From Deltaproteobacteria bacterium (GTDB taxonomy: Bacteria; Myxococcota_A; Polyangia; Fen-1088): a DNA stretch of 55,167 nt. The DNA lies in contig JANRKS010000033.1 in assembly GCA_033763315.1 (NCBI GenBank), positions 1 to 55,167 of the forward strand, written 5' to 3'. The position numbers and the translations under genes are program-made. The notes under the pieces were generated by a model, which worked only from the letters and a program-made list of their open reading frames with translations, was not told the origin of the DNA and did not search any database. Below are positions 48,043 to 55,167 of this stretch, one piece after another; positions within the stretch are counted from its first letter, which is position 1; every line of letters begins with the position of its first letter.

Positions 48043-51000
48043 GCGGCGAAATGAGCGGCCAAATGCGCGGCACTGTGACACCGATCCGAAACAGCCAAAC
48101 TCTGTGGCGCTCCCGCTTGGGCGTCATGCTGGCCGTGGCGATAACCACGTTCACGGCAAATTTGGCCCCGGGATCCTTGGCGCCCGTGATGTCGGCAGCA
48201 CACGCGGCCCCCATGTCACGGCCCATCGATCCGCGCCTGCTTGAAGAATTCGCCAACGACGCCGCTCGCTACGCCGAGGCCGTTCGTGGCTACCGTGAAG
48301 CCGCCACCGCCGTGATCAAGCAAACGTACCAGCGCCGCATGGATGACATCCGCGGCAAGTACGAGCCGCAGATCTCACTCAACGAGCAAGAAGAGAAGCA
48401 ACGCCGTGGCGACGCGATCGCCATGTTCGAGGCCTTCCTGCGCAAGTATCCCAACGACAAGCGCTGGACGCCCGATGCGATGTTCCGCTTGGCCGAGCTC
48501 TATTATGAGAAGTCCTCTGAAGAATTTTTGACGGCCACAGAGGCCTATCAAAAGTCGCTCGATTCAGAAACGCCGCCCACCGCCGCGGCGCCCATGGCGG
48601 ATTACACCCGAACGATCGATCTTTACCGCCGGATGTTGGTGGATTTCCCCAACTACCGCTTGCTCGACGCGGCCTACTACCTGCTGGGCTTCTGCCACAG
48701 CGAAATGGGGCAAGAGCCTGAAGCCAAGCAAGTCCTGCTGGCGTTGACCTGCTCAAATAAATACCGTCCCCTCGATCCGCCCGAGCCCATCAAAGAAGCC
48801 CCCGCCACAACGGGTGGTCGGCCGCTCAAAGACACGTACGGCGAGTGCAAACCCGTTCGCCCCGACTCCAAGTTCCTGCCTGAGGCGTGGACCCGCGTTG
48901 GCGAAATTCACTTTGACAACGGCGAACTCGAAGAAGCCATCTCCGCCTACACGCGCGTGCTGGCCTTCAAGGACTCAAGCTACTTCGACAAGGCGCTTTA
49001 CAAGCTGGCATGGTCCTACTACCGCGACAACCGCTTCCAAAAGGCGATCGACGAATTCGATTTGCTGGTGAAGTACGCCGACGAGCGAAAGCTCAAGGGT
49101 GAATCCTTCGGCTCTGATTTGCGCCCTGAAGCCATCCAATATCTTTCAGTCAGCTTCGCCGAACCCGATTGGGATGGCGATACGTTGCCTGACCCCGAAA
49201 CCGGCATCCAGCGCGCGCGCCGCTTCTACAAGGGCCGCGAGGCTGAGCCGCATGTGCGCGAGGTTTACCAGCGCCTGGCCGATATGTATTTCGACACGGC
49301 CAAGTACGTCGAGGCCATCGAAGTCTACAAGTCTGTTCTCGAGCTTTACCCCTTCAGCCCCGAGTCGCCGCAGATCCAAGACAAGATCGTGCGCGCCTAC
49401 GAACGCGACCGCAACATGGTGGCCGCCGCCAAAGAGCGCGAAGCCTTGGGCCGCCTCTACAGCAAGGGTGGGGAGTGGTACGAGAAGAACAAAGACAACC
49501 CCGACGCGCTGGCCGCTGCACAGACGCTTTCTGAAGACGCTTTGCTTTCCGCTGCCACCGGCGTTCACGCCGCCGCCCAGGCTTGCAAAGGCGAGATCAA
49601 GGGCACGCCCACGGCCGCCGACCTCGCCAACTGCAAACAGATGTACGCCACGGCGGCGGATCTCTACGAGAAGTACCTGCAGGTTTACCCGGACTCAAAG
49701 CGCGCCTACGAATTCTCGGCCTACTACGCCGACGCGCTTTATTACTCGGGCCAGCTTGACCGCGCGATCAACGCCTACACCACGGTGCGCGAGTCTGAAC
49801 AAGACAACAAGTACCAAGAAGACGCCGCGTTCCGCATCGTCAAAGCCTACGAAGACATCATCGAGGCGCAAAAGCAATCCAAGCAGCTCGAAGAGCCGCC
49901 CATTCCCGACGAGAACAACACCAAGCCACCCGTCTCGCCGCTGCCGATGCCCGAAGTGATGCAGAAGTACGTGGCTGCCATCGATTGGTACACCACCAAC
50001 CTGCAAACCGATAAAGTGGACGCGCTCAAATACGCCGCGGCCGTTGAGCACCTTCGCTACCGCAATTGGCCGGAAGCCCGCGGTCGTTTGTCACAGATTG
50101 CAAAACAGTTCTGCGGCACGCAAAGCGACCTTGGCTTTAAGGCCTACGACGCCATCTTGAAGACCTACTTCATCGACTACGGCATCGAAGACGAGAAACA
50201 AAAAGACTGTGCGCTTGGACGCCTGTTGCAAGTGGCTGATGATTTCGTGGAATCGCCTTGCGGCAAGTCGCCGAACGCCAAGGATTACCTCACGCGCATC
50301 GATCAGATTCGCCGTTCGGTGAAGTCCAAGGTCATCGCCGACCGCGTGAAGTTGGCCATCGAGAATGAAGAGCAGGGCACCGAGCGTAAGCTCACCATGT
50401 GTGAAGAAGGCTCGGGCGGCATCGCGCTTGTGACGGGCGGCCCCAGTGCCGGCTCGGGAACCTCAGGCACGCCTGGCAAAGAGGCACCGCGCGGTGGCGT
50501 TTCCACGGAAATCGACGTGGGCTTGGCGCTTGATTTGATCGACTTGGTGAACGCCAATCCGAAAGACGACGATGCGCCCACGAACTTGAACAACGCCTGC
50601 GTTATCTACGAACGCCTATTCCAATTCAACGAAGCCACCAAGTGCTACGAGCGGTTGGCCAAGGATTACCCCACGTCGCCCTTGGCATTGGATGCCGTGT
50701 GGAACGCGGCCCGCAACCACCGCCGCTTCTTCAACTTCGATCAAGCCGTCGGTTACTACGTGACCATCGCGCAAGATCCCAAGTACGCGAACTATGAACA
50801 CCGCAAGGACGCCCTGGGCATCGCGGCCCAATTGTTGGACAACGACCAACAATACGACCGCGCCGCCACGATGTACCTCAAGTACGCAGACAACGTGGCT
50901 GACAAGCCGGGCGATTCGGCCCAAGCCACTTCTTACGCTTGCAACGACTACAAGAAGCTCAAAGACACCGCTCGGCAATCCAAGTGCCTGAACAGCCTGA

Positions 51001-51704
51001 TCAAGCGCTTCAAAGCCGAACCCGAAGCCGGCGATTACGTGGTGAACGCGTATATGGATTTGGCCGTCATTGCCGAGCAGGGCAAGGATCGCAAGGCCAC
51101 GCTTGAAGCTTACAAAAAGGTGCGCGACGAGTTCCAATCCCGCGGCCTCAAGCCCGCCACACCCGCGGCCGCCGCGGCTGCCAAGGCTGAGTTCCTGCTG
51201 CTTGAGGAAAAATACAAAGCGTTTGCCGCCAAGAAGTTGGTGTTCTCGTCCAAGCCCGAGCAGGTCAAAAAGGCCTTCGACGACTTCACGAATGAAGCCA
51301 AAGCCTTGCGCGACGAATACCAGAAGGTGTGGGACTACAAGGACGCCAACTGGACGTTGGCTTCGTTCCTCCGCCGCGGTGACATTTTCTACGAGTTCGC
51401 GCAGAAGCTCATCTACCAAGCCGAGCATCCGCCTGACGACGTGAAGTCACTTGAAAAGAAGGTCTGCAAGTCCAACCCCGACGACTGCGGCATGGTGGAA
51501 GGCCAATACAAGGACGCCGTGTTCCAATTCGTCACCCCCATGGAAGACGAAGCCAAAGCCCAATGGCGCAGCACACTTGAACGTGCCTCGCAGCTGGGTG
51601 TGACCAACCAGTACGTGAAGAAGGCCCGTGAAAGCCTTTCAAAGTACCTGCCTGAAGAGTTCCCGTTCGTGAAAGACGAACGCATCGGACTGGAGTACCC
51701 GTGA
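48039..51704 (+). CDS. Large periplasmic TPR protein (GltD/AgmU-like)
   Basis: 1221 aa; DAMFRLAELYYE, EAWTRVGEIHFD, DKALYKLAWSYY; many Cys; ATGA coupling to the previous gene. Confidence 0.8.
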   Translation: MSGEMSGQMRGTVTPIRNSQTLWRSRLGVMLAVAITTFTANLAPGSLAPVMSAAHAAPMSRPIDPRLLEEFANDAARYAEAVRGYREAATAVIKQTYQRRMDDIRGKYEPQISLNEQEEKQRRGDAIAMFEAFLRKYPNDKRWTPDAMFRLAELYYEKSSEEFLTATEAYQKSLDSETPPTAAAPMADYTRTIDLYRRMLVDFPNYRLLDAAYYLLGFCHSEMGQEPEAKQVLLALTCSNKYRPLDPPEPIKEAPATTGGRPLKDTYGECKPVRPDSKFLPEAWTRVGEIHFDNGELEEAISAYTRVLAFKDSSYFDKALYKLAWSYYRDNRFQKAIDEFDLLVKYADERKLKGESFGSDLRPEAIQYLSVSFAEPDWDGDTLPDPETGIQRARRFYKGREAEPHVREVYQRLADMYFDTAKYVEAIEVYKSVLELYPFSPESPQIQDKIVRAYERDRNMVAAAKEREALGRLYSKGGEWYEKNKDNPDALAAAQTLSEDALLSAATGVHAAAQACKGEIKGTPTAADLANCKQMYATAADLYEKYLQVYPDSKRAYEFSAYYADALYYSGQLDRAINAYTTVRESEQDNKYQEDAAFRIVKAYEDIIEAQKQSKQLEEPPIPDENNTKPPVSPLPMPEVMQKYVAAIDWYTTNLQTDKVDALKYAAAVEHLRYRNWPEARGRLSQIAKQFCGTQSDLGFKAYDAILKTYFIDYGIEDEKQKDCALGRLLQVADDFVESPCGKSPNAKDYLTRIDQIRRSVKSKVIADRVKLAIENEEQGTERKLTMCEEGSGGIALVTGGPSAGSGTSGTPGKEAPRGGVSTEIDVGLALDLIDLVNANPKDDDAPTNLNNACVIYERLFQFNEATKCYERLAKDYPTSPLALDAVWNAARNHRRFFNFDQAVGYYVTIAQDPKYANYEHRKDALGIAAQLLDNDQQYDRAATMYLKYADNVADKPGDSAQATSYACNDYKKLKDTARQSKCLNSLIKRFKAEPEAGDYVVNAYMDLAVIAEQGKDRKATLEAYKKVRDEFQSRGLKPATPAAAAAAKAEFLLLEEKYKAFAAKKLVFSSKPEQVKKAFDDFTNEAKALRDEYQKVWDYKDANWTLASFLRRGDIFYEFAQKLIYQAEHPPDDVKSLEKKVCKSNPDDCGMVEGQYKDAVFQFVTPMEDEAKAQWRSTLERASQLGVTNQYVKKARESLSKYLPEEFPFVKDERIGLEYP

Positions 51705-52723
51705 TGACACGCCCGGTACAAAAACGAATGCTCGGCTTTGCCTTGGCTGCGTGCCTCGGTGGGGCCTTCGCGAGCCCGGCGCATGCGCAAGATCCTGCGC
51801 CCGCCGCCGACGCACCCGCACCCAAGAAAAAGCGCCAGCCACCACCTGCCGTGATCCCCACGGAGGAAACGCTGGCCGCCCAAAAGCAATACCAAGCCGG
51901 CCGCTACAACGAAGCCGTGCAATTGGCCAAAGCGGCGCTGAACCGCAACGAACGCTACACGCCCGCCATGCTCATCATGGCCAAGGCCTTCTATAAGCTT
52001 GGCAAGTACGAGTGGGTGCGCACCCTCTGGGAAACCATGCAGAAGAACAACGCCTCACCTGCGGAGCAGGCCGAGGTGTTCAATCTGCTGGCGTTCATGG
52101 AGATCGAGAAAGACAACGTTCCTGGCGCCATCGAACTTCTCAAGAAGGCCGTGGCCGCGCGGCCTGAAAACGCACTGACCTGGAACAACCTGGGCGGCAT
52201 GTATTTGACCGCCAAGAATTACCGCGAAGCCGTTCCTGCCCTGGAGCGCGCTTCACAGCTGCAGCCCACCTTCGCAAAAGCCTTCTTGAATCTGGGCAGC
52301 GCTTACCGCGGCAACAAGGAATACGACAAGGCCAAGTCGGCTTATGACCGCGCCTTGCAGCTGTTCAGCAACTACGCCGACGCCGTCTTCAATCTGGGCA
52401 TCCTTTACCTTGATGCCGACAAGATGCCCAAGATGGATCTGGTGGCGCAGATGAACACCGCCATCTCGTACCTGCAAAAGTACAAAACGATGATGGGGCC
52501 GCGCCTCACCAAAGAAGATCCCGCCGAGCAATACATCGCCGAGGCGCAAGAGAAGATCTCCAAAGAGGAAAAGCGCATCGAGCGCGAGAAGAAGAAGGCC
52601 GAGCGCGACGCCCAGCGCGCCGCTCAAAAGGCCGCCCAACCCGCCGATGGTGCGAAGCCCGCCGATGGTGCCAAGCCCGCCGAAGGGGCCGCGCCAGCGC
52701 CCGCACCGGAGAAGAAGCCATGA
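51701..52723 (+). CDS. Exported TPR protein (GltE/AglT-like)
   Basis: Signal peptide, consecutive TPRs (WNNLGGMY, FLNLGSAY, FNLGILY), charged tail. Confidence 0.8.
   Translation: MMTRPVQKRMLGFALAACLGGAFASPAHAQDPAPAADAPAPKKKRQPPPAVIPTEETLAAQKQYQAGRYNEAVQLAKAALNRNERYTPAMLIMAKAFYKLGKYEWVRTLWETMQKNNASPAEQAEVFNLLAFMEIEKDNVPGAIELLKKAVAARPENALTWNNLGGMYLTAKNYREAVPALERASQLQPTFAKAFLNLGSAYRGNKEYDKAKSAYDRALQLFSNYADAVFNLGILYLDADKMPKMDLVAQMNTAISYLQKYKTMMGPRLTKEDPAEQYIAEAQEKISKEEKRIEREKKKAERDAQRAAQKAAQPADGAKPADGAKPAEGAAPAPAPEKKP
52641..52694 (+). repeat. Three 18-bp tandem coding repeats (PADGAK-type)
   Basis: CCGCCGATGGTGCGAAGC / CCGCCGATGGTGCCAAGC / CCGCCGAAGGGGCCGCGC. Confidence 0.8.
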
Positions 52724-53076
52724 CCCGCGCAAAACTGTCTCCCCGACTTTGCAGCATATGTGCGGCAGCCTTCCTTGCCCCACTGTTCGCGGCATCCCAA
52801 CCTACAACCGCCCACGCCGCTCCTGCCAAGGAGAAGCCCGCCGCCACGCCAGGCGCCGCCGAAGAGCAGGGCGACGCGTCTAAAGTGAAGGTGGAACGTG
52901 GAAAGGGTGGCAAGAAGGTCTACAGGATTACCGAAGAGATCCGAATAGAGGGGAAGATTCAGAAACCCGAGGCCTTCTACGTGCTTCAGAAGTCCAGCAT
53001 CAACTACGACTGGCAGGACCTTAAACAGGACTTCCTGCCCAAGATTCTTGACAGCGTCACCAGGGCGCCGTTCTAG
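52720..53076 (+). CDS. Small exported protein (GltF/CglF-like)
   Basis: Signal peptide; C-terminal IEGKIQKPEAFYVL...DFLPKILDSV resembling the GltF IEG..KP motif; lies between GltE-like and GltG-like genes. Confidence 0.7.
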   Translation: MTRAKLSPRLCSICAAAFLAPLFAASQPTTAHAAPAKEKPAATPGAAEEQGDASKVKVERGKGGKKVYRITEEIRIEGKIQKPEAFYVLQKSSINYDWQDLKQDFLPKILDSVTRAPF

Positions 53077-53090
53077 GAGAATGAAGATAT

Positions 53091-54503
53091 ATGGCGACGC
53101 AGGCAGCAGCAGAGCAGTCGGCAGGTAAGCCGCGCATCCTCCGGATCGGTATCATCCAGGGAGGCCGCATCGTGGAAGAGCGCTTGGTTCGCAAGCGCGA
53201 GAACATCAGCGTTGGGCAATCCGCGAAGAACATGTTCGTGGTGCCATCCGATGCCTTGCCCCGCACGTGGATGTTGTTCGAGGCCACCAGCCGCGGCTAC
53301 ATCGCTCACTTCGGCGATGGCATGGACGCCCGCATCGCCGTGGGCCAAGAGATCATCTCGCTTTCGCAGCTCAAGCAAGGCGGCAAGATCCAGAAGACCG
53401 GCCAAAGCTGGGACATGGTTCTTGACGAGCGCGCCCGCGGCAAAATCACCGTTGGCGATCTCACGATCCTGTTCCAGTTCGTCACGCCTCCGCCTCCGCA
53501 GCCCCGGCCCCAATTGCCCGCCTCGGTGCGCGGCAACTTCTCTTCGAACCTCGATTGGTTCTTCACGTCCGTGGCCGTTTCATCCTTTGTCGTCCACCTG
53601 TGCATGATCATCTATCTGCGCAGCGTTGATTGGCCCAAGAAGCCCGACATCGAGGAAATCCCCGATCGCTTCGTTCAGATGGTGGTGAAGAAGAAAGAGC
53701 CGCCACCTGAGGAGAAGAAGACCGACGAGAAGAAGAAGGACGACGAAAAGAAGCCTGAAGAAGTGGCCAAGAAGGCCGCTCCGAAGAAGGAAGACAAGCC
53801 CGCCGAGGTCAAAAAAGAACTGACCGAAGCGGAAAAGCAAAAGATCGCCGAAGAGAAGGCCCGCGCCGATGCTGAGCGTCGCGCGAAGATCGCCGAGCAA
53901 GTTCAAAACACCGGCATCCTAAAACTCCTGGGCGCACGCGCCGATGGCGAAGGCGCCATTGCCGACGTGTTGGGCAAAGGCGACGTCGATCGCGACCAAG
54001 AAAAAGCCTTCGAAGGCGTGGGCGGCTTGACCGTGGCCACCGGCGACGATGGCCTGCGCGGTGTAAAAAGCGGAACAGGCGGTAGCGGCAAAGGAGCAAG
54101 CATCAGCGGCCTGCGCGGCGGCGGCAGCATCGAGGGCGCCAGCACGGGCAGCGTCGGCGGCGAAAAATCCGTCAAGGCTGTGGTCAGCAGCGCCGCCCCT
54201 TCAGTTGATGGCGAGCTTGATCCCAACATCGTGGCCAAAGAGGTGAAACGTCGCCTGGGTGCCGTGAAGGTTTGTTACGAACGCGCCCTTAAGCGCAACC
54301 CAGCGCTCAGCGGCAAGATCGTGGTGGTGTGGACCATCACCCCCGAAGGCACAGTCACTGGCATAGATGTTGAAAACGATTCGCTGGGCGATCCTGAGGT
54401 GGCCCAGTGCATCAAGAAGAACATTTCTGGGTGGCGTTTCCCCCGTCCGGCAGGCGGCTCGGTGGAAGTTTCCTTCCCGTTCGTGTTCCAAGCGTCTTCA
54501 TAG
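53091..54503 (+). CDS. TonB/TolA-like energy transducer (GltG/PglI-like)
   Basis: Cytoplasmic N-domain, TM helix with SFVVH (TonB-type S..H), Lys/Glu-rich linker, Gly-rich region, C-terminal VKVCYERALKRNPALSGKI...WRFPRP..VEVSFPFVF. Confidence 0.85.
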   Translation: MATQAAAEQSAGKPRILRIGIIQGGRIVEERLVRKRENISVGQSAKNMFVVPSDALPRTWMLFEATSRGYIAHFGDGMDARIAVGQEIISLSQLKQGGKIQKTGQSWDMVLDERARGKITVGDLTILFQFVTPPPPQPRPQLPASVRGNFSSNLDWFFTSVAVSSFVVHLCMIIYLRSVDWPKKPDIEEIPDRFVQMVVKKKEPPPEEKKTDEKKKDDEKKPEEVAKKAAPKKEDKPAEVKKELTEAEKQKIAEEKARADAERRAKIAEQVQNTGILKLLGARADGEGAIADVLGKGDVDRDQEKAFEGVGGLTVATGDDGLRGVKSGTGGSGKGASISGLRGGGSIEGASTGSVGGEKSVKAVVSSAAPSVDGELDPNIVAKEVKRRLGAVKVCYERALKRNPALSGKIVVVWTITPEGTVTGIDVENDSLGDPEVAQCIKKNISGWRFPRPAGGSVEVSFPFVFQASS

Positions 54504-54553
54504 ACCTAAACCAAAACCCAAGGCGTATAGGTTTAGCCACCAAGCGCCAAAGG

Positions 54554-54583
54554 TTGACACAAAGCTAAAAATGGCCGTATAGT
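54554..54583 (+). promoter_or_regulatory. Near-consensus sigma70-type promoter
   Basis: TTGACA (54554-54559), 18 bp, TATAGT (54578-54583). Confidence 0.7.
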
Positions 54584-54658
54584 GCGGCAAACCAAAGACG
54601 CCCAAGAGCAACGGCTTGGGCGTTTCCGCGGTGTAACTGAGGATTAAGGGGTCGAACG

Positions 54659-55167
54659 ATGGTAAAGGTGATCAAACTCGTGTTAGGAGCGACGCTAATC
54701 AGCCAAGTCGCCATGGCACAAACACCTTCGGGTGGCGCTGCACCTGCGGCCGACACCACCACCCCTTCCGCCGACGTCACGGCCAACAAGCCGGCCGGGA
54801 TTACGCCTCAAGAGATGTTGACCCAATCGCAGTCTTATCGGGGCAACATGATGCAGACCACGCAACGCCTGAACCAAATGGTGGAAGAAGCGCGCAAGCA
54901 AAAAGACGTTATCCGTCTTACGTGCCTCACCGACAAAGTGGTTCAAGCCAACGCCAACATGAACATCCTGGATAAAGCCATCCAGAACCTGCAAGACGCC
55001 GTTGGTCGCAACGACGAGGGTGCATCCACCCACGAATTCACTCGCATCACGATCGTAAATCAGAAGGTCCAGATCCTGGGCGCAGAGGCGGAGGGTTGTG
55101 TTGGAGAAGAGCTACAGTTCGTTGGAGCAACCAAGGTTGACGTTGAGATCGGCCCGGACGTCCGCAA
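54659..55167 (+). CDS. Exported helical hypothetical protein (partial)
   Basis: My translation: MVKVIKLVLGATLISQVAMAQ...EEARKQKDVIRLTCLTDK...HEFTRITI...AEAEGCVGEE; AAGGGG RBS; open to the window end. Confidence 0.8.
   Translation, partial: MVKVIKLVLGATLISQVAMAQTPSGGAAPAADTTTPSADVTANKPAGITPQEMLTQSQSYRGNMMQTTQRLNQMVEEARKQKDVIRLTCLTDKVVQANANMNILDKAIQNLQDAVGRNDEGASTHEFTRITIVNQKVQILGAEAEGCVGEELQFVGATKVDVEIGPDVR

Overview
GC-rich bacterial chromosome segment, most likely from a Myxococcota (deltaproteobacterial) genome. That assignment is an inference from the Glt-like TPR/TonB cluster, the stand-alone PilZ gene, the Hanks-type kinase and the lipoprotein richness. The backbone carries housekeeping and envelope genes: dinG/yoaA (partial), hisIE, an ACT-fused malic enzyme, a GH10 xylanase, a Ser/Thr kinase, transhydrogenase membrane subunits, katG, creBC/creD, transporters, ndh, a split cysG (dehydrogenase + cobA), a CzcCBA-type pump, iaaA, an M16 peptidase, an orphan flhA/sctV, hisD, rplU-rpmA-obgE and a GltC-D-E-F-G-like operon. 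Four small accessory cassettes sit at gene junctions: vapBC, XRE-hipA splitting creBC from creD, an AAA-ATPase/nuclease, and phd-vapC. The most unusual item is a tandem transhydrogenase locus with no NAD-binding dI gene. There, a canonical pntA2-pntB pair is preceded by an intact but degenerate pair that lacks the proton-channel motifs, a candidate pseudo-protomer. Other notable items are a Glt-like operon of non-canonical composition with a structured leader, a five-copy cre-tag array, and many genes whose start codon lies just after a -10 box (apparently leaderless). No rRNA, tRNA, CRISPR array, integrase or transposase was recognised. All calls were made by eye from motifs; no searches were run.
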